DNA of 64,000 nt. Origin: Trichosphaerium sp. ATCC 40318. Taxonomy: Eukaryota > Protista > Tubulinea. The DNA lies in the NCBI GenBank assembly GCA_038496445.1, contig JALMLS010000593.1, positions 1 through 64,000 on the forward strand, in the 5' to 3' direction. The notes under the pieces were generated by a model. It did no database searches and was not told the DNA's origin. It saw nothing but the letters and a program-made list of their open reading frames with translations. A program made the position numbers and the translations under genes. Shown in pieces: positions 37,187 through 55,048 of the stretch. Position 1 is the stretch's first letter. Each line of letters starts with the position of its first letter.

Positions 37187-40100
37187 TCAAGCTAAAACAT
37201 TCGTTGACATTAAGCAACATTGTTTGTGTATTGTTCGTTCACTGAGGTGAGCAGGTGCATCCGAAACGCCAACAAGATCATACAACTTGGAAAAGTTGTG
37301 CATTATTGTACCGTTAGGTGAACCTACAACAATCGTGTCAGACAAGGCGGAGCATTATTATTAACACGTACTATCAGTAATGAGAATATTGGTAGCAATA
37401 ATCTTTATCCAATGGGCCTTGTTCGCAAGCAGTACCAGTAGTACAGGTACAGTAGAACAACGCACTTCCACGCGTATTGCTGTGTGATCTTTACTTGTTT
37501 GAGTTCCTGTGATGGTAAAGAGAATCTTATCATCCCTATTTTGTAAACACCAATGTTAACAACGAACTACACATTGAGAAAAATAAAATTAAAATCCTTA
37601 CCATCCTGTAATACCAGCATAGCCATATTGTGAGTGCTTACTGCTATACTCCCACCGTAGAGCCTGGTGGAAAGATTCATACAGTTTCTGCGGATCATGT
37701 GGAGAGCCAGGTAACACAACTGCTTCGAACTGGAATGCGTTTGGGTATCGATTCCATTGAACCAAGAACTCTTGCGCTGTAAGTTTGAAAGGGCTGATGA
37801 ACTGGTTTATATCTACAGGGTAACACCGTGCCACAATTGGTTTTGGTGGCCCTCTAATCTCCATAGACTCTCTTGCATCCCCACCAATGGTTACTTGTAA
37901 GGAAATAGCATTAGCTGAGAAGGAATTGACACGGAATGTCCATATATTAGTGAGTAATTGTTTTGGTCCTACATACAGTTAAACAGGTACAATTTCACTA
38001 ATGTGTACCCAATAACGGAATAGCCCATAGTGTACGATCTCTTGGCAAGTAGGTATCAAGTGACCCTGTAAGAAACAGTTATTAGTGCCCTAACATACAT
38101 ACAAATACAAGTACCTCTCATCAAACACAATACACGCATATTCTTAAGTTGTCTACTCGTATTGTTTCGTAACTTCAGCGTGAGTGTCTATAATAAAAAA
38201 AGTTAAATTAACACTTCGAAGAGGAAACACAACAAACAAATAAATATAAAACTGACCAAGCGATGAAATCTACAATTATAACTGTGTTGGCAAGTGATTG
38301 AAAGAGGATCAGAAGAACCAAGCAAGTGGATTGGTGGCGCATGACGTATAGGAGCACTATCTCTTTCTATTTGCGTCAAGGATTTGCTGTAAGCCAAAAG
38401 GAATTCGTCATCTGGATGCCGTGATCTTGGATCACTAAAATCGATTGGAGCTCCATAAAATAGCACATCATCAGCACAGCGTTCACTAAACTACGTTTAG
38501 TACAAAGAATACATAGTTTAGACGTACAAAAAGCTAGCTGTGTTTCCTCTAGCTGCCATAATCCGCCGTGCTAATGTCTTACACCTTTGAGAGGTAACAA
38601 CGTCTTTGTTACAAACAAGAGCCAACTTCTTTAAAATATTGACAATCTCAGTTGCATGCTCATCAATTCCTTTCTCGCCTAGTAAACACAAGCAAGATAA
38701 CACAATCTCCATGTTTTTAATCCTACCAACGAATTGATCGGCACGGAACTAAATAAAAGCGTCAATCGAATTGAAAAAAAAAAGGCAAAAAAATAGGAAA
38801 AAAAAAGAAATTGACGAATTATTCATACACCAAGTGTTCCTGAACGAAAAGCTTGTTTGCCCTTTAGAGGTTTCATTAAGAATTTTATCCTTATCAATGT
38901 CAGAATATTTGGTGCTTCTTTACGGAAAAGCTTTTCAGGCATATGTTTAAGTAAAACAAAGATTAGACTTAAAATAGCAGGTTCACTTCTCATATTTCCC
39001 AAAGCAGTGCATAGTTTGCCCAACAACTAGTAGTAACTCAATAAAACAAACCATCGTAGAAGAATCAAGTCCAAAAGGACAAAAAACAAGACAAGTGACG
39101 TACATTAGTGACAGCAGCCTGAGAAGGGTGTTCAGGAAGTGCAAATAAATTATGACACAACACATCCAATAGTTGGCTTTTAAAGTTAGATATAATAAAT
39201 TTAAACGATAGTGTACGCACGTATAAGCGTTGTGAGTGAAGTTTCGAGAGCTACAGCTCCACTTTAAGCAATTTATCGAAAACTCCAAAATATATATAGC
39301 TGCTTCACGCCAAGTTTCTAAATCAGAAACAGGCACAGGCGATCGCAAGCGTTGCAACAATCCGTCTATTGCCTGCCGTAATATAGACGAAGCAAATTCT
39401 TCCTTAAATGGGTCATCTGCATCTTGACGTGCCTCACTACGTAAGAAAGAGTAAGAGAACAAAAAAAACAGCTGAAGAAAGAAAGAAATAAAACATACGA
39501 GAAAATGTCTGTTGTAAACTGAGCTTCGAATACGGAACGTAGTATAGCCAAAGGTGTTGTTGCATTGCTTTGAATGGACATAATAATATTAAATAAGCGA
39601 ATAAGTAGAGTAAACCGTTCTGTAGCATCTCTGACGGTTCCTTTGATTAGAGGCAACAATCGTGAAATAACAGGCGCTAATTTAGATCGTGATAGTCCGC
39701 CCAAAGAAGATAGAACAAGAGAAATAATCTGTCCACTACATGAAGACCCAGACTGGCGTCTACGCGCAATAATCTCGCAACACTTATTAGCTACACAGAG
39801 TAGCCATTGTGGTTGGATTGTTACATGCTTCGATACGTGTACTATTGCGCTTGCAGCTTCAAAAGCAATAGCTTTGTTTTGTACACTGACGAGCGGCAAA
39901 ACATGAGTTTCTATAAAACTGACAATATCGACATCAGATAAGATACGCTTGTTCATGGCCTAAACACACAGCAATTAGAGGCAGTGGTATTACAGATATA
40001 ATTCTTTAAAGTACCTGTATCAAAGCGTATGACACTGGATACACAGCGGCTCGCCGCAAGTGTACAGGTAGACATGATAATCTGTAAATAATATACGTTG

Positions 40101-41163
40101 TCTTGGCAATCAACTTTTCAACAATAAATTTACGCATTTTTTTCAAGCCTGCAATGAACTCGGGAGATCTCAAAATATCATTAGCAACGGTTAACAACTT
40201 TATATCTTGTATATCAACCTGTCAAGTGCATGATTCATTTTACCCCATGGAGCTGCTCCAACATCTTTAAACAGTGATCCCACCTACAAATAAACTAAGG
40301 ACCACACCACGCTATAATTTAATAAAACATACAGCTTCAAATGCGAGTGCAATAACCCTAAAATCTGCTTCATGAAAATTGCCTTCTTCTGTAATAATAA
40401 TGTCAACAATAGCTGTCCATGCCTTCTCTGTCCATTCTTGCGCCGAACACTAGCTGTGATTAGTACTATTATTGTCAAACTGTTAAAAAGACTCGATTTA
40501 CATCAAATGGAGAATAAAGCATTGTATCTTGTATCAATGATAGTGCCTCGCGTCTCACAGCTGAGTGTTCATCTCGCAGCATTTTCTAAAGGTGTTAGAA
40601 CTCAAAATCAAGCACGTGAACCTACAATTGGATGTATGTCTTTCATTGGTGCCGCCATTAACTCAACTGCGAGTCTAGAGTGCCTACAGCAAGTCAACAA
40701 GCGTGTACATTTCCCCAATAAAAAAAAACCAACAATTACCTTGTTAACTTTAATGCTTGTAGTCGCACTTTAAACTCTGAGCTCGCTAGACCTTGGTCAA
40801 CCACTTTTTCTAATACCTTGACCTCCTTCCTTTTTTTTGTTTGCGTTAGAGCGCAGTTCGCGTATTTAAATAGCGTACCATGCAGCTGCAGATACGTTGC
40901 ATAAAGACATGGAACCCAGAGCACGTAACGCAAGAAGCTTTACTGTTGTATCATTACTCGCGAGCCCATGCTACAGCGAGTTAGTGTCACCTATTAAAGT
41001 GCTGTACCTGTAGAACGGTTTGAAAAAAATGATCTATATTCACACCAAGCCTACTCACGCGGTTTAATAGCGCATGTAAAGCTGAAGCTTGTTTTTCTGT
41101 GTCGTTAGAGGCTATAGCCTGCTGTGTTTCCTCAACCTCAAACAATTCGGTGCCTGCTGCCAT
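37187..41163 (-). CDS. TPLATE: TPLATE, beta-adaptin-like subunit of the TSET/TPLATE complex
   Basis: N-terminal QAIASNDTEKQASALHALL resembles the plant TPLATE start (recalled from memory). A helical trunk is followed by appendage motif LLGSSDPLSITCQH…LTLKLRN. Confidence 0.72.
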
Positions 41164-41361
41164 TTCTACCAAACGGGTTCGAAAGTTTGCGGCCCGTTGA
41201 ACTTTTTATGCTGCGCCTTTTACTTGTTTGAGAGTTGTTACTATTTTTTGTCTCCAGTGGTCAGCTTTTGGTCTCAACTCAAATTCAACAATAAATTTCG
41301 TTAACAGGTCAACCAAAAAGGCCTCCCCACACAAGCGAAAGTCTTCACTGCGGCTCAAAGG

Positions 41362-46343
<4,982 letters not shown>

Positions 46344-46577
46344 AAAAAAACAATCCGTTGTATTGCCTTTTATTCCTTACTTAATAAACCCAAAATAGTA
46401 TATCATGTATTTTAGCTTTTAATAGCGTGTGGTGGACTTTGTGGTATACAATAGAACTACTCAAGAAAATAAAACAAATCTAGTAACTCTACAACAGCGA
46501 ATTTGGTAGACTCACAGTCCCAACGCACTGAAGTGAGAAACAAAGCGCTAAAAAAAAACCAAACAGCGACGTCACGC

Positions 46578-49500
46578 ATGGAAAGTAACGAAGTGGACGT
46601 TCTGGACGTAAGTGACTCTTTTTCAGATGGAAACTCTTCTTCTAAGCCAAAACGGCGGCGGCACGTAAGAGAAAACCAAGTAGGTGACATTTACGTATTG
46701 TAAAACAATTTTAACATATTTTGTCCGCTGTAGGTGTGTGCAGGTGATATAAAGAAGCTTGTGTTGTCATTAAACGATGACGAGCTGTCTAGTTCGTGTG
46801 AGTATGCTTCAGCTCCACCGAGTCCAAGCATATCAATGAGAGACGTGGAGCTTATATCAGCGCCTTTAACAGCAATATACAACCCCGACCTAGCTCATCT
46901 AAAAAAAACTCCACGACCACAATCTGCACCTAGTACGCGTTTTTGTACCCACTACTACTAGTACTAAGTGCTTACGCTTCTGTTGTATTGCACTCTAAAC
47001 GAGATACCGTTCACCCCTACGACGCCTTTCCTGAAAAAGCAAAGAGTGACTTTCGCATTGTTGTACAGCGTAGCCCGCGCTCGAGTAAGGAAAGCTCGCC
47101 TCGTAACACTCGAAATGCACATTCTAGACATTCGTCTAGAGGAAGCTCAAGGAGTGAAGGATCGCCTAGAACTTACAAAACCAAGAAAGGGAGGTCCAAA
47201 TCGACAGCACGATCAAGACCAAAAAAATCACCACGCAATAATATTAATATACGCGTGGCGCAATCATCTACAAGGAAACTAACGTACGCGCGGTTGTTCA
47301 AAACAGTTTTTTTTTTCCAAAAACGAAATTAACCGCAAACAATAGTGATTCTGAGGTACTTCGCCTTTCTGCCGATAGTACATCTACCCTAGATAGTATC
47401 TCTGATAGTGAGCTTGAGTTCAGTGATGGTACGTGCCGTAAAAGGATGTTTCGTTCCTAATTTGTAATGTGTTTTTAGGTGCCGTTTCGCCAAAAATTCG
47501 TAAGCTTACTCCTTCGCGGTTCGCTCCGTTTGTTAAGGACTTGCAACCTAATCCAATAGATGAAGGTCAAATAGTAGAACCTACATTTGAACCAACAGAT
47601 GAAGTTACGAGAGTTAATACTCTCGGTTATATTATACAAGAAAAACAACAACAAAACGAAACTATAAAAAAAAAGAAACTTACAAAATCTACTTCCAGTG
47701 AGCCTTCGAGACTAACTTCAAGTGACCACTCTCGAACGACTTCACATGGGTCCTCAACAGGTTCTCCAAGTGATTCTAGAACGAATTCTTTTGGATCACT
47801 TAAGGAATCACAAAGTCATTCCAGAAAAGGATCTAGAAAAGGGTCAAGAGATTATTCAAAAAAAAAGTCACGTTCACGAGCGAACTCAACAATATCAGAA
47901 GAGCGAAATCACTTTCGCAAGAAATCAGACCGTGACCACGCTAGAAAGGAGTCACGCTCGCGATCTAACTCTACGATATCAGAAGAAAGAGTTCATAAAC
48001 GAAAGAAAACAGATCGCGAGCATTCAAAGAAGGAGTCACGGTCTAGATCAAATTCGACATACTCAGACCGAGATCACTATCGGAAGAAATCTGATAGAGA
48101 GCGGTCAAGCTCAACAGTTTCTAGAGAGTATGCTCCAGAGAGATATGAGCGCGACCATTCTCGTAAAAAGTCGGAGCGCTCTGATAAGAGAGATCACTCT
48201 CGTAAGAAGTCTAGTAGAGATCATTCTCGTAAAAAATCTCGAAAAGGCTCAAGAGCCACAGCAAGTAAGTATAAGAAGAGTAATTTACCTTAGAAACTAA
48301 TAAGAATGTAGATACAGGGATGTATCAAGTAGATCCAAGACTAGCAAGTTGTCTCGTAAAATGTGTTGTAGACGGAGAAATTAGAGCAATCCGCATACCA
48401 AAGAAGATAGGCATAGCTAAATTAAAGAGGATTATTGGTGCTAGGTTTAAAAAGAAGATATCAAAAATGAGATATGATTTAGAGGGTGACCTTGTTACAA
48501 TAGCTGATGACTCAGGTATGGTTTTATTTTACCTTAGCAAACTTTTCAATTATTAAGTACTATTCAGATGTATCTGTTTGGATTGAACTAGGTGACATGC
48601 AGCCTGGTATTCTGAAGCTGGAAGTAACAACACGATCACAACAGGAAAGAACAGAGAGGTTTGCTACTATAGATATAAGTACTTCAATGAGGTATGTTCT
48701 ATTGTACTAGTCGGTGACAGCTTGGTGACTTTTTTCTCTTTTTTAGGATTCAACAATCAAATATTATTCTTGGTGAACAAATTGGCAAAGGTTTCTTTGC
48801 TAAAGTACACGAAGCTCATTGGCATGGCCTAAAAGTGGCTTGTAAAATTGTAGATATGAATATGTGGAAAGAACGATCTCAGAGGGAGCTTTTGGCACAA
48901 GAATTAAGTATATTAACACAAGTACGACATCCTCGTGTTGTGCTCTTCCTTGGTGCTTGCTTGGAAGCGAATCCAAAATACATACTACTGGAGGTACATC
49001 ATAAACTAGAAATACTCGGATTTTTGTTTACCTGGGTGTAGTATATGGAGGGTGGAACATTGCGGCAGTTTTTGGATGATAACATTCCTGACTATCACCG
49101 GAAACTACAAATAGCATTTGATGTTGCGTTAGGCATGAATTACCTGGTGTCTAGAAGGATACTTCATCGTGATTTAACCAGTTGTAACGTAATGGTAAGA
49201 TTTTTAGACTCAACAGTTAAGAATCGTATGTTGTTACTTACAAACCTTTTAGTTGAGCCAGTCATTACGAGCCAAAGTAAGTGATTTTGGTTTATCAAAA
49301 GTTTTGCGTACGTGCTTAGTGACTACTTGTTGTTCTTTTGCTTACATACTTGTTAAAGCCAAAGCAGATGTAGTTATAAGTGATCACTTTGGTGCATGGC
49401 CATACATGGCACCAGAAGTTTTAACATTAAGCAAGTACACAGCTAAGTCTGATGTTTACTCGTTTGGTGTTTTATTATGGGAAATTGAGACAAGAGACAA

Positions 49501-49880
49501 CCCATGTAAGAATACTACAAAAGCCTGGTTGGACAAGGTTCTCAAAGGTGAACGTTTACCTATTGGAGACAGCTTTAGTACCTTCTTGGCGGAGATAATT
49601 CCTATCTGCTGGGCTCAAAACATAGATCTCAGGTTCAGTTTTGAACAAGTACGCTTACTACCTCTACTTGTTTGCAATGTTGTTGACTTATGTCTTCTTT
49701 AAGATTACAACTATCTTGAGTGCAGAGTTGCTTAAACATGACTCTCAACTACGCACAGCTGAATCATTGGCATCTCTTAGGTCCAGTGCGAGCTCCACAA
49801 AAATAGATGACAGGTGCTATATTATTGAAGATAAGACGCCGTCATCGCCTAGACTCGATGAACAAGAGCAACAAGCCTAG
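46578..49880 (+). CDS. TKL (Raf/MLK-like) kinase with Ser/Arg-rich region and PB1-like domain
   Basis: VKCVVDGEIRAIRI…YDLEGDLVTIADDSD (PB1), IGKGFFAKV, HRDLTSCNVM, DFGLSK, YMAPE, KSDVYSFGVLLWE. Confidence 0.87.
47860..48250 (+). repeat. degenerate coding tandem repeats (KESRSRSNST.SE / RDHSRKKS units)
   Basis: The translation shows three RSR[A/S]NST units and several R[D/E]H[S/A/Y]RKKS-like units. Confidence 0.7.
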
Positions 49881-49991
49881 TTTTAAAAGGTGTACAATAA
49901 AATTTTAGTGTAAAGTACAACGAGAGCGTAGCCAGTTGAATTAAATGTACTACTATATTTACAAGGGTGTTGGGCGTCCGTACTGTTTGTT

Positions 49992-50289
49992 TTACACGTT
50001 GAAAGATGAAACGCCATCAACATTTGTCATTCGTAACATCTTTAGCTTTTTATTGCCTCGGCGCAGCATGAATTCAATAGATTCAAGTTTTGTGCTTTTA
50101 GAGCTTCAGAAAATATCGAAATGACGTTATTACGCACCGTGGTATGTCTCTGTTCTTCTCGTATTCAGCCCTGATGCTAGAACGGACTGCTCCTCGTTTG
50201 TCTGCTGGATATTTGTTTGCAGCTTGTAGAAAGTGGCGGTATTGAAGTAAAATACGCCGTTGTAACCCGCTCCGAAGTAAGTTCGACAT
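49992..50289 (-). CDS. SDHAF1: LYR-family succinate dehydrogenase assembly factor 1-like
   Basis: SGLQRRILLQYRHFLQAA…IRAEYEKNRDIPR|TKLESIEFMLRRGNKKL, with one intron. Confidence 0.82.
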
Positions 50290-50457
50290 GTGAAGTTCTT
50301 GAAAATAGTTTTTTGTTTGGATTTTACTGGAAAGTTGGCGAATTGAAACAAACACAGTGCAGATGTTGCTACGCAGCGTAATTGGACTTTGAGATTAAGC
50401 TGTGTGTAAACTTAAACCATCATGCTTAATACGCCTTCATTATCAGCATAACACATC

Positions 50458-53400
50458 ATGGCGGATACATCAGGTAGTTTCGAATCGTATCGTAAACTCG
50501 TTTACATGATTGAGAAAATCAGTTCAAATATTGCAAAGACGACAACCATCAAAAACTTTGTAAAGACGTTTAAAGGAGATCTATATTTACTATGCAAACT
50601 ATTGCTGTGCAAAGATGATAGCAGGGTTAACGAACTAGTTCACGCGCCATTTTTATTTAAACTCATCCTAGGTATATAATTTACGCGAAAAGCAGCTGTG
50701 CAAGCTATTGAGTAATGTTTGGGGCTGTTCGGAAGAAGAAATAAAAACTAAGTATGAAACAAGCGGTGACATGCCCGGAACAGCGAAAACGGTGCGTATT
50801 AAGCAATTTCCGTAAAACACAAATCTTATTCATGTAATCTATCGACTAACTCGGCTAGTTCTTCCTGGAACACGGCGAACCAAAGAAAAAAGGGACTTTG
50901 ACGCTAAAGAATGTACGTTCCGTATATCCTGAATCACACTAAACCAATAAAAGGTTGACGATTGGCTAGAAAGTGTTGCAGGACTCACTAAAGAGGAAGA
51001 ACAACGCGAACAGTGGTATGAGCTTCTCCCAGAGTACGTTCAAGTAACAACTTAGTTTCGATTGGTTTTTTTTGTTGACACGTGTGAGCAAGGTGCACAG
51101 GTGAAGATTTGCGTATTATTTGCAAAATCCTTGATAAAGATTTAAAAGTTAAGATGAGTCCTAAGTGGGTTCTTGGTGCACTTCACCCAGATGCATATGA
51201 TGGTTAGTACTCTTTGTTATTGTTTTCGATGTTAAGCTTATGACTGTTAGCTTATAAGAACTCTCATGACTTGAAGAAAGTGATTACTAAGATCCAGAAC
51301 CAACAACTTGAAGGGGGAAAACTTAAAAAGACTCTCAGTGCTGGTTTGACACTCATGTCTCCTATCAAACCTATGTTGGCTCGTGCATGTAAATCTATTG
51401 CAGATTGTATGAAGAGAACACCAAACGGTGCTTACGCTGAGATTAAATACGACGGAGAACGCGTTCAAGTCCATAAAAATGGAGGCATATTTAAATTCTA
51501 CTCTCGAAATTTGAAAGCTAGTGTTCCTCACAAGGTGCCTCTTCACGGTTTGTCCAGTAATATTTACTAATAAGAATTTAGATAGAACGTGTTAGAGAGT
51601 ATCTGCCTAAGGCCACAGATGCCGACGAAATCATTCTTGATGGAGAGCTATTATGTGTACGAAGTGACACCTAAATCATTATTGTCATTTTGACATTTTT
51701 TTTTAAGGTTGACCTGAAAACAAGCAAACCGCTGCCGTTCGGAACGCTTGGCATCCATAAAAAGGCGGCTTATGCTAATGCTGATGTTTGTATTTACATC
51801 TTTGATATTCTTTACCTCAATGGGGAGAGTTTAATGTCCAAATCAATTCAAGAAAGAAGAAAGATTCTTGAAGCAAATGTCAAAGTACAAAAAACTTTAA
51901 ATATTCATTGGGTATGTGCTAACGCATCTGAATACAGGTCATCAAGAATCGTATTCATTTGTCTGAACAAATCAATGTGGAACAAGGACAAGAAGAAAAA
52001 CTTGAGAGACTACTCCGTCGCTGCTTCACACAAGGTCTAGAAGGTCTTGTTATAAAGGTTTGCTGTTTGGTTTTCAAGTTACGACAATTCTTTCTTACAC
52101 CGATGACTTTAGGATAAGAAGTCAGTCTACAAACCTGATGCTAGACATTGGCTCAAAATGAAGAAGGTAAAACAAACAATTAATTAAAAATACCACGTCA
52201 CGTGACGTGTTGATGTCTTTGTTTTTAACATTTTTATTCTTTTTAGGATTATCTTGCCGACTTGGCTGATACTTTAGATCTTGTTGTTTTAGGTGGTTTC
52301 TATGGTAAAGGTTCAAAAGGTAGACTCATCTTAAATGGCACATGACCTTTAATACTAACGGGTTTTTCTAGGTGGCCTGATTACCACTTTTCTTATGTGT
52401 ACTCTTGATAAGAAGAACTCTGTTTGGAAGACAGGTATTTTATAAAGAGGTTTTATTTACCACGTTTTTGACAATTGTTAGTTTGCAAGGCTGCAAGTGG
52501 AATTAAAGAAGCGCAGTTGAAGAATATGCAATCAGATTTCTTAACTGGAAAATATAAGATGATACCTATCAAAAAAGACCCAAGCTTGGTTAGTTACCAA
52601 CCAGTTATTGCCTTGTACAACATTAACATATTATTCTTAAGGTTCCAGACTGGCTCGATATTGGTAGCAACTCTCTCGTTCCAGACTTTTTAATTGCCAA
52701 CCCCAAGACGTACTATGAATTTCTCTTTTATTGTTATTTCTAACACCTCTGGTTAGTGCACCTGTTTGGGAGATTCTTGCTGCAGAAATCTCTGAAACAA
52801 CAACGCATACAGCTGGTGGTTACTCTCTACGTCATCCTCGTATCATAAAGTTCAGAGATGACAAGGTAAACTAACTATAGAGGTCTCCAAATTGACTTAT
52901 TCTTTTTTTTTCTTGTAGAATTATGAAACAGCTACCGATCTTGAGACGTTCATAGAGTTAGCCAAGGAGTCACAAATAGAGACAGATTTCAACCTTGCTG
53001 GTATAGAAGATGGTTCTAAAACACCTGAGAAGTTAAAGAAGAAAAATGCAGCTGCATCAAAGAAACCTGTTGTAGAGAAGAAGACGGTTAAAAAAAAGGC
53101 AGAGAAAAAAGTTGATGAAATGGAAATTGAAGTTATGGATAACAAGGAGCGTGGTACTATCGTTTACGTTTCTGGTAATATCACTCGTCCGCAAGATTCA
53201 GAAGAAGGAGACAAAAAGGTTAGTTTCTATCACACTTATCAGTGCAACATGTTGAACCTACTGTAGTTGGTTATGTTCCCTGCGAATGACTCTGGTAGTT
53301 GGCCTAAGAAGAGCAAGTTATTTAAAGCGATTGGTATGGTCATATAAGACTTGTTCTTGTTTTTCTTATTTCTTTGATAAGGTGAGGCTTGGCCAAAGGT

Positions 53401-54787
53401 TAAGAAGATATACATGCAAAAAGCAAAACAAAGCGAGCTTGGTGATGCTATTATTGTTAAGATAGATCCGAATCTGTTTGTGGCAACAATACTATGTCAA
53501 GATTCAAAAAACAGAAGCACCTTTTCAGTTGAGCACTTCAAGTCAGGTACAGTGAACAAGAAATTTTATTTTTTGTTTCTAGTTTCAATCTTAACTTACT
53601 TGGTATGAACTAGCCGTTAACCGAATTGATACCATGTGCCAAGCGAAGAAGATTTCATCATTACATATTCCTAAACTCGATATCATAAAGAGTGTGGATT
53701 GGGATGACATTGCAGAGGCCATAGCTTCGTCAACTTCGTTGACTGGTACGAATTGGTTTTTTTGTGTTTATTCGTATTTATCTTACTCTGTGTAGTGTAC
53801 GTATACACTGTTGGCAAGGTCAGACATGGCGTTGTTAAACAAAAGAGTACAGTGACTGCACCTAAAACAAAGAGACCACGTGAAAATGGTATGTATTCAT
53901 AATACATGAAATGTCTGACAAAGGTTTTTTAGATGAAGAAATTGGTGATTTTTTCGCACAGCCAAGTAAGAAAATGAAGGTAGAAAAAAAAGATGATGAA
54001 GACGATGACATGGATATCGAAACTAATGATGCTTTAAAAGGCCTCAAGTACGACTAACTTGTAATCTAATATATCTAACACAACAACAGCATTTTTGTTG
54101 ATCCTGACGTCGCTGATATCGAAAATCTTGAAGCACTCATTACTAAAATGAGTGGAGTGTAAGTTATACTACATTCCTTTTTGATGTTTATTTTTTCGTT
54201 TAGAGTTCAAAAGAAATGGTATCCTCTAGGCCAGCGCGCTACAGATGTTCTTGTTTCAAACAATACAACCTCTAAGGCATTCACACATGTCGATAACCTT
54301 GGTGGTACTATTGTTAGCCCTGCATGGGTGAAACAGTGTCAAGCAAAGAAGAAATTTATAGCAACAAAACTTCATATTTTCCCTACACCTAAACCTTCTC
54401 CTATAAAGAAGGCAACAAAGAAGTCATCAGATGATTATTTTGTAAACGTTTTCCCAGGTACCATACAAACAAACAACCTCTTCCTATCCTAACAACTTAT
54501 CTTCTAACACAACATGCCCAGGATGCAGTATTTTGTTCCATAACAATGTAAAACATGCTGTCAAACTAAGACGTTTTGTTATGACTTTTGATGCCGAAGA
54601 TGCTTTCATAGGCACTGCAGATCCTGCTGGACTTACACATGTTGTATCTTCAGAATGGGATAAGTCTCTAACTGAAATGAAACAACAAAATCCAGATATC
54701 GTTTTTGTAACACCTGAATGGGCTAAGAAATCTATTGCCTCTAGGAAACGAATGCCAGAGAATGAGTATACATTAAATTGTCCATAA
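50458..54787 (+). CDS. LIG3: DNA ligase III with C-terminal macrodomain and two BRCT domains
   Basis: PIKPMLARAC, EIKYDGERVQVHK, LIG3-typical KPLPFGTLGIHKK, EGLVIK, WLKMKKDYL, SLRHPRIIKFRDDK. Macro-like segment at 53150-53815 and BRCTs at ~54040-54390 and ~54440-54787. Confidence 0.92.
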
Positions 54788-55048
54788 GCACCCAAAGTGC
54801 CGAATACCAACCCCGAAACTTGGGAAATGGTAATAAAAAATTAGAAGATTATTTAACGCTATTGTGCACTTGAGTGTATTTAAAAAGTATTTTTATGGGT
54901 GTTTAAGGCGTCTGCTTAGTCAGGCGGTTAGTTTATCCAAAATAAGCGATTCCTTTTCTAGAAACGGAAGAAGGCGCACCTTACTCGTAGCGCGGCAAAA
55001 GCACTAAACAAGCGCGTCACTCGCTAGTTCACAGTTAAAGCAATAATA

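Noticed and set aside
50422-50451. In-frame upstream ATG of LIG3 as a mitochondrial-isoform start
   Set aside because: It is closed by TAA at 50449-51 after 9 codons and is not presequence-like. At most it is a uORF.
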